From: Candidatus Bathyarchaeota archaeon
GTDB lineage: Archaea; Thermoproteota; Bathyarchaeia; TCS64
Direction of reading: 5' to 3'
Length of the DNA: 39,348 nucleotides
Assembly (NCBI GenBank): GCA_043826455.1
Contig: JBDRQD010000056.1
Location: 1 to 39,348, forward strand
The position numbers and the translations under genes are program-made. Under the pieces are notes generated by a model, which worked only from the letters and a program-made list of their open reading frames with translations, made no database searches and was not told the origin of the DNA. Positions within the stretch are counted from its first letter, which is position 1. Every line of letters begins with the position of its first letter. This document shows, piece after piece, positions 7,702 to 17,004 of this stretch.

Positions 7702-8607
7702 CTAGTCGTCGTCGGCCAGGTCCACCCTGAACACAGCGTATACTGGGTAGTGATCGGAGACGTCCGTCACTATTTCTCCGCTCAACCCGTACTCTGAGTC
7801 GAAGTAGAAAGCGGTGCAGGACCCATCTACGTACTCGTGCAAGGAGGAGTCTGTGATGACTACCCTGTCGTAGGTCCAGTCCGTCTTGGTCATGGTGTCC
7901 AGGCTGTTGCCCGTCACCCATATGTAGGGCTCCGTCTTGAGGGGGCTGGGCCCATCCTCGTCGAAGTAGCTGCCATCCGCGTTGAGGTCCCCCAGTATGA
8001 CGATGTCTCTCTCCCCTGGGTTAGCTGCCAAGACGCTGCTGGCCACAATTGTGAGGTTGCCTATCTCCCACCGGGCGTCCTCAGGTTTGGTGTGGACACC
8101 TATGAGGGTGAAGTCGAAGCCCCCGGCAGTGAAGCTGGCGATGAAGGGCTCTCTCTCGTAGATGTCCAGAGTGTCGTTGTAGACGTAGGCCGAGCCCTCC
8201 ACGAGCCCGACCGTGGCGGTGTTCCAGTAGTAAGCATAACTCTCCTTGCTGCTGGTCCTGCCAAGGCGGGGGCTCTCCACGTAGGCGTAGGCCGGGCCCT
8301 CCAGGCCGTTGATGGCGGCCAGGTACGCGGGCGCCGTATCGCCGCTGATGTCCCTGATCTCCTGCACCAGGACCACGTCGAACTCCCTGGCGACCCTGGT
8401 GAGCACCTCCATGACCTCGGGTTTGCCTCTCTTGGTTGCTCCGAATATCTGGATGTTGAATGCTGCCACCCTGATGGTTGAGGTCTCCGGGGTGGGTTCA
8501 GGCTCCTCCGGCCGAAGAAGGCTGTCCAGGTATCCCTCCTGGTAGGCTAGGTATAATCCGGATAGGGCGACTATGAGTATAACCGGGAGGACACTTTTCT
8601 TACTCAA
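7702..8607 (-). CDS. Membrane-anchored DNase I-like (EEP) nuclease
   Basis: N-terminal TM; AAFNIQIFG, VQEIRD, REPF, VH.KP, GDLNAD, YDR, SDHYPV. Confidence 0.9.
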   Translation of the reverse strand: MSKKSVLPVILIVALSGLYLAYQEGYLDSLLRPEEPEPTPETSTIRVAAFNIQIFGATKRGKPEVMEVLTRVAREFDVVLVQEIRDISGDTAPAYLAAINGLEGPAYAYVESPRLGRTSSKESYAYYWNTATVGLVEGSAYVYNDTLDIYEREPFIASFTAGGFDFTLIGVHTKPEDARWEIGNLTIVASSVLAANPGERDIVILGDLNADGSYFDEDGPSPLKTEPYIWVTGNSLDTMTKTDWTYDRVVITDSSLHEYVDGSCTAFYFDSEYGLSGEIVTDVSDHYPVYAVFRVDLADDD

Positions 8608-8616
8608 AGCTGTCAG

Positions 8617-9159
8617 CTACTTCTTCTCTATCTGGTCAAGCTCCAACTTCTTGAATATACTGCGGAGCTGCCGCCGCATGGAGCCCTTGTCCTGACTTAT
8701 GCCCACATGGTCCGCGAAGTCGGAGGTCGTCCTGACGATCCTGGTCCGGCCCTGCTTCTCCCTTCTTATGAGGCCCATCTCCTCCAGCTGGGCCAGGTGC
8801 TTGTAGGCCTGGCTGCCCCTGTCCTGGGCTACCTCCTTCTGCTCCACCGGCTGGTAGTATGCTATGTAGCTGAGGGTCCTGAGGGGTCCCGCTGAGAGGA
8901 GCGGCTTCATGCTGTACCGGCTGGCCGGCCTGGTGAAATCGGCCTTCAGCTGGAGAACCACCTTCTCCTGGGCGAGCCTCCGTATCTCCAGGGCCGTCGC
9001 CTCGGTCTCGTAGCTCGCTATGAGGCTGTCCACCATCCTGGAGGCCTCCCTCTCGTCCTCCAGCTTCAGCATGGTAACGATCTGTGTGAGGCTCAGGGGC
9101 CTACCTGAGGCGTAGAGTAGCGCCTCCAGTTCGGCGAGTTTACCTTCTTGGGCTACCAG
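8617..9159 (-). CDS. scpB: SMC-Scp complex subunit ScpB (probable CTG start)
   Basis: LEALLYASGRPLS lies upstream of the first ATG (9072); LRTLSYIAYYQP, RGSQAYKH, GRT...TT.DFA; GGGGAG RBS before CTG at 9159. Confidence 0.85.
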   Translation of the reverse strand: MVAQEGKLAELEALLYASGRPLSLTQIVTMLKLEDEREASRMVDSLIASYETEATALEIRRLAQEKVVLQLKADFTRPASRYSMKPLLSAGPLRTLSYIAYYQPVEQKEVAQDRGSQAYKHLAQLEEMGLIRREKQGRTRIVRTTSDFADHVGISQDKGSMRRQLRSIFKKLELDQIEKK

Positions 9160-9189
9160 TGGTTCTCCCCCTAATAATATTGGAGACCC

Positions 9190-10449
9190 TCATCCATTAA
9201 AAGCTTGAAGGTAGCGCCCGTGGGCGATGTCTGTCCTGTAGTGGAGCCTGCCCTTGACTTGGGCAACGTCTACGTACACCTTTCTCCTGGCTTCTTGGAC
9301 GTTGCTGCCTCTCCCCAGGAGCGCCAAGGCCCTGCTGCCGGTGGTCTTGATGACGCCCTTGTCGTCGTAGACGGAGGCGTAGTAGACCTCGGAGCCGGAT
9401 ACGTCTCCCACTTCTATGGGCTGGTCTCTAAGCGGGTTGTCGGGGTACCCCTCCGGGACCAGGTACACGCAGACGGTGGCCTCCTCGGTGAACCTGGGCT
9501 TGGGCATGTTGCCCCCGGTGATGCCGTACCCCATCTCCATGAGGGGCGTCTCGAGGAGGCTGAGCACGTTGATGGCCTCGGGGTCCCCGAACCTGCTGTT
9601 GTACTCTATGAGGAAGACCTCGCTGCCCGTGTACATGAAGCCCCCGTATAGGACCCCCTGGTATGGCCCCACGTGCTCGGCCAGCGCCTCCACTGTCCTC
9701 CTCATGATGTACGTGCCTCGCTCCACGGTCTCCCCGGGCAGGTCAGGCATCCCGTGGTCGGGGCAGCTGAAGCTCCCCATGCTGCCCGTGTTTGGTCCCT
9801 TGTCGCCGTCGTAGGCCCTCTTGAAGTCCCTGACGAGGGGCATGACCTCCACCCTCCTGCCGTCCGTGAAGGCCTGCAGCGTAAACTCCCGTCCCTTGAG
9901 CTTCTCTTCCAGTACCACCAGTCCGTCGGCCTTGACGCGCTCCAGGGCGTAGTTTTTGGCCTCCTTCACTGTGGCCAGGTGGTCACCAGACACTTTAACA
10001 CCTTTACCGCCTGTTAGCACGTCTGGCTTCACGGCCACCTCGGGTTGCTCCTTGAGGAACATGTCCACGTCCTTCTCGTTCCTGCATACCTTGAACGCCG
10101 GGTTACCCGGTATCCCATACTCGTCAAGCACGACCCTGGTGTAGGCCTTGCTCCACTCCAGCTTGGCCAGCTCCTTTCTGGGGCCCACGACGGGGACGCC
10201 CATGCCCCAGAGGGCATCGGAGACACCGTGGGACAGGGGGTCCTCGGGCCCAACATAAGCCATGTCCATGCCCCTGAACCTCGTGTACTCTCCAGGGTCG
10301 TTGATGTCCATGATCTCCACCTTGCTGCTGAGGGCCGCTATCCCGGGGTTGAGCTTGGACATGGCTGCCCACAGCTCAACGTCCTCCTGGGCCAGCTTCC
10401 TGGCTATGGCGTGTTCCCTGGCGCCGTTGCCGACGACGAGTACCTTCAT
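9190..10449 (-). CDS. purD: Phosphoribosylamine--glycine ligase
   Basis: VG.GAREHA, GPE.PL, GGKGV, GD.GPNTGSMG, EYNSRFGDPE. Confidence 0.97.
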   Translation of the reverse strand: MKVLVVGNGAREHAIARKLAQEDVELWAAMSKLNPGIAALSSKVEIMDINDPGEYTRFRGMDMAYVGPEDPLSHGVSDALWGMGVPVVGPRKELAKLEWSKAYTRVVLDEYGIPGNPAFKVCRNEKDVDMFLKEQPEVAVKPDVLTGGKGVKVSGDHLATVKEAKNYALERVKADGLVVLEEKLKGREFTLQAFTDGRRVEVMPLVRDFKRAYDGDKGPNTGSMGSFSCPDHGMPDLPGETVERGTYIMRRTVEALAEHVGPYQGVLYGGFMYTGSEVFLIEYNSRFGDPEAINVLSLLETPLMEMGYGITGGNMPKPRFTEEATVCVYLVPEGYPDNPLRDQPIEVGDVSGSEVYYASVYDDKGVIKTTGSRALALLGRGSNVQEARRKVYVDVAQVKGRLHYRTDIAHGRYLQAFNG

Positions 10450-10495
10450 GAAACCACCGGGTTAACTTGGGTTGTAGAAAATATAAGGTGGAGGG

Positions 10496-11668
10496 CTAGA
10501 CGTGCCTCGCCAGGTGCTCCAGGAACCTCTCGCCCTCGTCCACGGTGTTGTAGGCCCCGGGGCTGATTCTGAGGCCGCCCACCCTGGGGCTCACGTGGAC
10601 GTTCTCCTTGGCCAGGGCCTCGGAGACCTCCTTATAGTTCAGTAGCTTGGCGTTTAGGTATATTCGTCGGCTTTCCTCCACTGGTGTGGCCAGTTCCACC
10701 CCCATTTCCAGGAGGCCGTCAACTATGACCGTGTCCACACGTTTGATCTGTCTCTCGACTCTGTCTAGCCCGAAGCCCAGGAGGACCCTCATGCTGTTCT
10801 CCACGGCCACGTAGGGGCCCTCCGACTGACTGTATATCTCCAGCCGGCTGATTTCCTTCCTGGGCTTGAACTCGTAAAGGTCGAAGCCGTCCGTGGTGTT
10901 CCTCCGGTCCTGCTCGGGGGGTAGGCTCTGTCCGCCTACGTACTCGGCCTGGAGCTCGTCTAGGAGCTCCTCTCTCATGTAGAAGAACCCGACGCTATTG
11001 TTGTAGGGGCCGCCGTACAGCCACTTGTAGCAGCTGGTGGCTAGGAAGTCGGCGCCCTCGTCGTGGATGTCCCACTTTATGGCGCCTGCTGACTGGGTGC
11101 CGTCCACCACCAGGTAGGCTCCGTGGTCGTGGGCGGCCTCGGCTATGGCTTTCACGTCGTGGAGGAGCCCATTGAACCAGCCGGCCTGGTCCACCATCAC
11201 GGCCCCGGTGTTGTCGTCTATGGCTTTGACCCACTCCTCGGTCTCTATGACGCCCTCTTTATGCTTGATGAACCTGGGCTCGACGCCCTTCTCCGCCTGC
11301 TTGTGGACCACCGTGGCGCACATGGGGAAACTCATGTCGGTGACCACGATGTTCTGGCCCCGCTTGAAGGGGATCATGCCGAAGGCCGTGTTTATCCCGG
11401 TGGACGCGTTGGGCAGGAAGGCTATCTCGGACTCCTCGGCTCCTAGAACTTTGGCGAAGAGCCGTTTACTGTTTCTCTTTTTCTCGGCGTACCTGCTCAG
11501 CCCCTCGTTCCAGGAGACCTTCCCGCTGATGGTGTCGGCCAGGTTGCCCCAGTACTGCTTCACCGCCTTGATGGTGGACTCGGGGACTGCTCCGATGACC
11601 GCGTTGTTGAAGTATATCTTGTCGTCGCAGAGGGGGAAAGGCTCCACTTCTCTTATGCTCATGGGCAT
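10496..11668 (-). CDS. PLP-dependent aminotransferase class V enzyme
   Basis: IYFNNA, VDGTQSAG, SCYKWLYGG (PLP Lys), GLRISP..YN; no desulfurase catalytic Cys loop. Confidence 0.9.
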   Translation of the reverse strand: MPMSIREVEPFPLCDDKIYFNNAVIGAVPESTIKAVKQYWGNLADTISGKVSWNEGLSRYAEKKRNSKRLFAKVLGAEESEIAFLPNASTGINTAFGMIPFKRGQNIVVTDMSFPMCATVVHKQAEKGVEPRFIKHKEGVIETEEWVKAIDDNTGAVMVDQAGWFNGLLHDVKAIAEAAHDHGAYLVVDGTQSAGAIKWDIHDEGADFLATSCYKWLYGGPYNNSVGFFYMREELLDELQAEYVGGQSLPPEQDRRNTTDGFDLYEFKPRKEISRLEIYSQSEGPYVAVENSMRVLLGFGLDRVERQIKRVDTVIVDGLLEMGVELATPVEESRRIYLNAKLLNYKEVSEALAKENVHVSPRVGGLRISPGAYNTVDEGERFLEHLARHV

Positions 11669-11869
11669 AGGGTGAGCCTCACAGAATATGACTTTTAAGG
11701 CGTATATCAAACCTAAAAATTAGGCCTTATTCCTTTTCTTAGGAAAACCTTCATCTCCACTCCAGTTACATCAGAGATGAACACAATAACACATCACATG
11801 TTCATGTGCCCAATCAGCATATGATAGCGTCAACACAGGCTTTTCTTTAATATTATAGTATGAGTAGGC

Positions 11870-12007
11870 ATGAGAAATGTCCACGACTGGGTAGTGGATA
11901 AGATCATCCGCATCTTCTTCAGGAAACAAGCTATTGATGCATCAGAGATCATGTTGTTGAGTATTGGCTTGCGGGGCGTTAAGCCTTTGAGAGCAAGTAA
12001 TAGGTAA
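11870..12007 (+). CDS. Candidate 45-aa small protein
   Basis: MRNVHDWVVDKIIRIFFRKQAIDASEIMLLSIGLRGVKPLRASNR; TTTAATAT box about 24 nt upstream. Confidence 0.35.
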   Translation: MRNVHDWVVDKIIRIFFRKQAIDASEIMLLSIGLRGVKPLRASNR

Positions 12008-12130
12008 GGCTCCACTTAGGTTGTGTCCAACGAGAAGCGAGAAATCTAATTTATCATGAAGATGATGGAACAGGAATCCCTATCATTAATATCTTCTACC
12101 AGCACACGTCAAGTATTGGTAGGCGTTACT

Positions 12131-14053
12131 ATGGCGCGTAGACTCGAGATCGACGACCTAGGCAACTTCAACATGGTGAGCAGCCCCCAGCTCAGCCCCG
12201 ACTCCTCCAAGCTGGCCTTCGTCGTCTGCAAGCCCCAGGGCGACGAGTACTTGACCACCATATGGGTTGTAGACAGCGGAAACGGTTACCCCATCAGGTT
12301 CTACGGGGAGGGCAACCCAGCCAACCCTCAGTGGAGCCCCAACGGCCAGCAGATACTGTTCACCAGCCGAAGGGGTATGGAGAAGGCCGAGAAGGGCACG
12401 GGCCTCTACCTAGTGCAGGTGTGGGGCGGAGAGCCCAGGCTTGTCGCCAAGGTTGTAAGCGGGGTCGCCCAGCCCAGGTGGAACAAGTACGGCACAAAGA
12501 TATACTTCATCTCGGGCGTCGGGGAGGAGGACCCCGAGGTCAGGATAGTGGACACCATCCCCATATGGTATAACGCGGAGGGCTGGACTTATTATAAGAC
12601 CAAGCAGCTCCACGTGGTTGACGTCAACTCAGGCATTGTAACCCAGCTCACCACCGGCGACATGAATGTTCAGTGCTACGCACCCGGAAACCTGGGAAGC
12701 AAGATAGCCTATGCCAAGTCGGCTACTCTGCTGAGGCCGGGGGAGTCCGAGCTCTGCGTCTACGACATAGCCACGGGCAAACACGAGAGGCTCATGTGTG
12801 GGTATCATATCTCGGCCCTCTGCTGGTCGCCCCAGGACGACCAGATAGCCATCCTGGGCCACAGCGGAAGCCACGGCTACCCCACCCACTGGGGAGTCCA
12901 TGTGTACGACGTTAAGAGCGGGGAGGTCGCCCACCTCACAGAGAGCCTGGACAGGGGCTGCAGCAAGCGCCACTACTACGACCTGAGGAGCCCCCACTCT
13001 GCCACCCCCGAGCCCGTGTGGGTTGGCCCCGAGATATATTTCCCCGTCTCAGACAGCAGCAGGTTCGGCATCTACAGAGTCCACGTGGAGCGCGGCCACA
13101 CTGACCCCGTGGTCACAGGGGACTTCAGCGTCGAGGAGTTCACCGTGAGCAAGGACGTGGTGGCGTACACCAGGGTCTCCACCGCAAAGCCCACGGAGGT
13201 TTGGGTGAAGGGGGACGCCGAGGCGTGCCTCACCAGGTTCAACGACCACCTCCTGGCCAACCTGGAGCTCAGCGAGGCCAACCGCTTCGAGTTCACCCAG
13301 AAGGACGACACAGTGGTGGAGGGCTGGGTATTGAAGCCGGTGGGGTGGGAAAAGAAAAAGAAGTACCCGGCCATACTGGACATCCATGGCGGCCCCAGGA
13401 GCAAGTTCGGGGCCAGCATGATGTTCGAGCACCAGCTCTACGCGGCTAACGGCTACGGAGTCATATACATCAACATCAGGGGCAGCGACGGGTACAGCCA
13501 GAAGTTCGCGGACATCCGGGGAGAGTGGGGCGTATGGGACTACGAGGATCTGAAGAAGGGAGTAGAGGCGGCTCTCGAGAAGTTCACCTGGATCGATAAG
13601 AACCGTCTGGGCGTCACGGGCCTCAGCTACGGCGGCTTCATGACCAACTGGGTGATAACCCACACGGACATGTTCAAGGCCGCCATAAGCCAGAACAGTA
13701 TAAGCAGCTGGACCGCCTTCTTCGGAACCAGCGACATAGGTTTCCACTTCAGCCCGGAGCAGATAGGCGGCAGCCCCTGGAGCAACCTGGACGCCTACGT
13801 TGAGAAGAGCCCCATAACCTACGCGGGGGACGTGGCGACGCCGGTGCTCTTCATCCACAGCTGGAACGACTACCGGTGCTGGGTAGACCAGAGCATAGAG
13901 TTCTATACTGCCCTCAAGTACCTGGGCAAGGAGACGAAGCTGGCGCTGTTCATGGAGGGTGAGCACAGCTTCAGGTCAACGGCTAGGCTCAGCATCAGGA
14001 AGAGGCGGCTTCGGGTGATGCTTGACTGGTTCGACAAGTACCTGAAAAACTAG
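12131..14053 (+). CDS. S9 family peptidase (acylaminoacyl peptidase-like)
   Basis: Beta-propeller SPD/WSP repeats; IHGGP, GLSYGG, D.RC, EGEH catalytic triad. Confidence 0.95.
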   Translation: MARRLEIDDLGNFNMVSSPQLSPDSSKLAFVVCKPQGDEYLTTIWVVDSGNGYPIRFYGEGNPANPQWSPNGQQILFTSRRGMEKAEKGTGLYLVQVWGGEPRLVAKVVSGVAQPRWNKYGTKIYFISGVGEEDPEVRIVDTIPIWYNAEGWTYYKTKQLHVVDVNSGIVTQLTTGDMNVQCYAPGNLGSKIAYAKSATLLRPGESELCVYDIATGKHERLMCGYHISALCWSPQDDQIAILGHSGSHGYPTHWGVHVYDVKSGEVAHLTESLDRGCSKRHYYDLRSPHSATPEPVWVGPEIYFPVSDSSRFGIYRVHVERGHTDPVVTGDFSVEEFTVSKDVVAYTRVSTAKPTEVWVKGDAEACLTRFNDHLLANLELSEANRFEFTQKDDTVVEGWVLKPVGWEKKKKYPAILDIHGGPRSKFGASMMFEHQLYAANGYGVIYINIRGSDGYSQKFADIRGEWGVWDYEDLKKGVEAALEKFTWIDKNRLGVTGLSYGGFMTNWVITHTDMFKAAISQNSISSWTAFFGTSDIGFHFSPEQIGGSPWSNLDAYVEKSPITYAGDVATPVLFIHSWNDYRCWVDQSIEFYTALKYLGKETKLALFMEGEHSFRSTARLSIRKRRLRVMLDWFDKYLKN

Positions 14054-14527
14054 GAGGTTTCCTAGGAGCCTCGTTTCCGGTGGATGCGGGTCTCCTAACC
14101 GTCTCTGGACATACGATGTAGCGTATAAACGAGACACCAAGACGTGGTAACATCTCACCGGAAGGAAAAGCATGAAGCATGAGATGGAATTTTTTTTCCG
14201 CCTTATCCCGTGCCGGCCAGGATAAGCCACCCAACGTAAAGGCCTGCGCCCACCCCAATGCCACGACGAGGGGGGAGGGGGGGTAGAGTAGAAAAACCGG
14301 AAACGGACGCCCCGCGCCAAAAGGAGGCCGGGAAACCCTCCTTTATGATCCCATTCTATGCAAAAATGCCGTCCATTCCACACAGAAACACGGTCATTTC
14401 AGCGCATCAGGCACGGTACTGATGTGCAAAAAACGTAGGGGAGTATCGATTTTAGGTAGAGAAAACCTCCTAAAATCGGAGCCCAGGGCCCCAGCGCCGA
14501 GCTGAAACAGAGGTTAACCAAACCCAT

Positions 14528-15001
14528 CTAAGATTTTTTTCCTTCAGTTTTCTTTTTCCTGTTCAGGAGCTTCCTGTACCAGAGGATGTCCGGGTGAAGC
14601 CACTCCCTGTTAATCATTAAACCCGTGTAGAAGCGGTCGCTCGAACGGGTGGGCCCGTAGATCCCGATCTCCGCCCCAGGGCCGTCGATCTTGAACTCGC
14701 CGAACTTCTCCGAGGGTGTGGGCCTAATCGACGGGTCCCTATAGGTGTGCTCCTGGTCACCAGCCTTCTCTTTCCTCAGCACGTTCCAGCACACCGGCAC
14801 GGCCACGAGGGCTGTGAACAGGATGACCATGAACCTGAACACTCCGCTGAAGGCCCCTGAGAAGATGATGGTCACCATCACCACCAAGAAGCTGACCGCC
14901 ACAGCCTTATCGCTAATGTCTCTCTCAGGTACGAGTCTGGACGCGCTCTCGAACCCGGGGCACCAGCCTAAATACTTTTGGCACATTCTACGAAGATTCA
15001 T
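14528..15001 (-). CDS. GWCP-motif (DUF1673-like) two-TM membrane protein
   Basis: N-terminal KYLGWCPGF, two TM helices, IRPT motif, basic C-terminus after WYR. Confidence 0.75.
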   Translation of the reverse strand: MNLRRMCQKYLGWCPGFESASRLVPERDISDKAVAVSFLVVMVTIIFSGAFSGVFRFMVILFTALVAVPVCWNVLRKEKAGDQEHTYRDPSIRPTPSEKFGEFKIDGPGAEIGIYGPTRSSDRFYTGLMINREWLHPDILWYRKLLNRKKKTEGKKS

Positions 15002-15509
15002 CTCTCTTCGACTTCTCCTTCTTCAGACGCTTGAAGTGCTTAATCCTGTCACGGTACCAGTCAATACTTATCCCTCTGAGGCCGACAACTTTGTATCGTT
15101 TGCCACCCCACAGAGGGTCAACGGCCATCGGGGTAAAGTCATTACTACTTATCCCCCAAGTAGGCGCGTCTGGTAGTGGCACATCGGGTAAATCGTCGAT
15201 AGATGTGGGTCGTATGGGGAACTCTTCAAGGTTCATAGCTTTTGGCTTAAAGTTTCTCCACGCATAAAGCATAATTGCCAAGGAGCCTAGTAGGAGCATC
15301 AGGGTCGCTCTGTTGGTGAACAGCGTTAGGTCCATCCCTCTGAGGCCCTTAGCCATGTTTAAAGCCAGCCAAAGCCCAGCGAGCCAGGCTATAACGAGGA
15401 GGGAGAGACCTTCCAGCTTGGAGGATAAGGGCCTCTCCTGGAAGCCGGCGGCAGCCTGGAAACCAGGGCACCACCCCAGTATCCTGCTGAAAAGGTTGTT
15501 TCTCTTCAT
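14988..15509 (-). CDS. GWCP-motif (DUF1673-like) two-TM membrane protein, paralog
   Basis: RILGWCPGF, two TM helices, IRPT, WYR plus basic tail. Confidence 0.75.
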   Translation of the reverse strand: MKRNNLFSRILGWCPGFQAAAGFQERPLSSKLEGLSLLVIAWLAGLWLALNMAKGLRGMDLTLFTNRATLMLLLGSLAIMLYAWRNFKPKAMNLEEFPIRPTSIDDLPDVPLPDAPTWGISSNDFTPMAVDPLWGGKRYKVVGLRGISIDWYRDRIKHFKRLKKEKSKRDESS

Positions 15510-15510
15510 G

Positions 15511-15972
15511 TCAAAGCCCCGGTAATATGGATGAGAAGATGCGGTGGGCCAGCTCGCTCGGAGGCAGCTTCAAGTCATCCTGTGATAAGTGTACTTCCCT
15601 CTCCCCCGCCTCCTCTAACAGCCTCTCCTTACAACGGGTCATCCACTTGCATAGGCCGCAGTTTGGCTGCTGGTAGTGCCAGGTCTGGACCCCGTTGCTG
15701 GGCGAGAAGGTGATGATGACCTGGTTCTTAGTGGCGGGGCTGTAGCCCAGGAGCACCCCTTTTGAGGAGTCCACGTACCTCGTCTCCACCATGTTGGACT
15801 CCGCGGTGTGCATGAGAGCCTGCTCCACCTTCTCCAGCATAATCCCCTCCGCGTCGTAGACCGCCTGCCGGGTGATGCCCAGGGTTCTACCTACCTCGGC
15901 CTTGCTGAGCCCCCTCAGCCTCATGGCCCATATCTCCAGCTGCCGGTCCGTTAGGTAGGCTGATGGTAACAT
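15511..15972 (-). CDS. HTH transcriptional regulator (Tfx/sigma70 region 4-like N-terminus) with C-terminal CxxC-x4-C
   Basis: LTDRQLEIW...GLSKAEVGRTLGITRQAV; GVQTWH...CGLCKWMTRC. Confidence 0.85.
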   Translation of the reverse strand: MLPSAYLTDRQLEIWAMRLRGLSKAEVGRTLGITRQAVYDAEGIMLEKVEQALMHTAESNMVETRYVDSSKGVLLGYSPATKNQVIITFSPSNGVQTWHYQQPNCGLCKWMTRCKERLLEEAGEREVHLSQDDLKLPPSELAHRIFSSILPGL

Positions 15973-15991
15973 CCTATGTAACTAAAACAAT

Positions 15992-16013
15992 CGTAAAGTA
16001 TTAAACCTTTACG
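15992..16013 (-). promoter_or_regulatory. Palindromic operator bracketing the TATA box of the HTH-GWCP operon
   Basis: CGTAAAG-TATTAAAC-CTTTACG; the minus strand reads AAAGGTTTAATA about 28 nt upstream of ATG 15972. Confidence 0.7.
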
Positions 16014-16051
16014 GAGGAGTTAAGTCGCTTGAACCCAAGTCACCTTTACCC

Positions 16052-16486
16052 ATGGCCCTGAAAGGAACCTACCTCCTCTGCATCCGCGTCAAGGAAACAA
16101 CAGAGATTAAGATAGGCGCACTAGGGCTCACACGATTTCCACACGGCAGATACGTCTACGTGGGCTCTGCCCTGAACAGCCTCGAGCCCCGCATCAATAG
16201 ACACATCAAAACCAGCAGAGGTGAACACCACGTCACTCACTGGCACATAGACTACCTTCTACGTGAGCCGGCCACCGAACTGGAAGCCGCGTACTTTACC
16301 GAAGCCCCGGAAAAACTAGAGTGCGAGTACGCGTCAGCAGTGGCAGACCACGGGACAGCCGTTAAAGGCTTCGGGTGCACCGACTGCAGGTGCGTAAGCC
16401 ATCTTTACAAAGTAGACGGCTGCGGCTTCATAGAAAAAATGGGTCTAAGGAAGTGGGCTAGAGGCTCTCCTCAACTTCCTGGATGA
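16052..16486 (+). CDS. GIY-YIG / DUF123 (Uri superfamily) nuclease
   Basis: KGTY.L, YVYVGSA, R..RH, HWHIDYL, GFG.TDC.C.SHL. Confidence 0.9.
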   Translation: MALKGTYLLCIRVKETTEIKIGALGLTRFPHGRYVYVGSALNSLEPRINRHIKTSRGEHHVTHWHIDYLLREPATELEAAYFTEAPEKLECEYASAVADHGTAVKGFGCTDCRCVSHLYKVDGCGFIEKMGLRKWARGSPQLPG

Positions 16487-16781
16487 GAGGTATGGCAAGC
16501 TCGGCGACGGTGACGCCGGTGCCCCACGCCATGAGGGCCGCGGCCTGTATCTCCTTCTTGCTGATCCCAGCCTTGAGGGCCTCCACCACGAAGTGGCGTA
16601 GAGCCACAGGGTCCCTCGTGACGCTGTAGATGCCTATCCTGACAAGGAGCGCGGTCCTCTGGTCGAGGACGCCGTCGACGTTGATCTCCCGGCTCAGGCT
16701 CATCCATGCCTCTGCCACCTTGGGCGTCTCCTCGCTGAATATCTGCCAAACATTTTTCGCTACCATATTGAACACCGGCAC
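16458..16781 (-). CDS. Carboxymuconolactone decarboxylase (CMD) family protein
   Basis: GVLD.RT..LV.IG...ALKAGISKKEI; no CxxC. Confidence 0.85.
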   Translation of the reverse strand: MPVFNMVAKNVWQIFSEETPKVAEAWMSLSREINVDGVLDQRTALLVRIGIYSVTRDPVALRHFVVEALKAGISKKEIQAAALMAWGTGVTVAELAIPLIQEVEESL

Positions 16782-17004
16782 CTAGATGGCTTCGTGAAGT
16801 TATAAGTGTGGTCTATTGACGTTGAGACGCGAATCATGGTTATTTACAGTCCTATAGCCTCCAGCCAGAGGTGAATATTCTACTGGACAAAGCAGGTACA
16901 GAAAGATTATTCAATGCAGACAGGATTGTCCATAGTAGAACAGCCATTACAGTGTTTATAAGGAAGTATACGCTGAAAGGCAAAGAACCAGGGAGGAGCA
17001 GAGG

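Noticed and set aside
8617..10449. PurD-ScpB readthrough fusion
   Set aside because: Same frame, but PurD is complete, the functions are unrelated, and an RBS plus CTG explains scpB initiation more simply
6565..11668. C45 acyltransferase and class V PLP enzyme (and an MBL-fold gene further on) as a beta-lactam pathway
   Set aside because: The genes are not contiguous, no ACV synthetase or IPN synthase is present, and all are broad families common in peptide-degrading archaea
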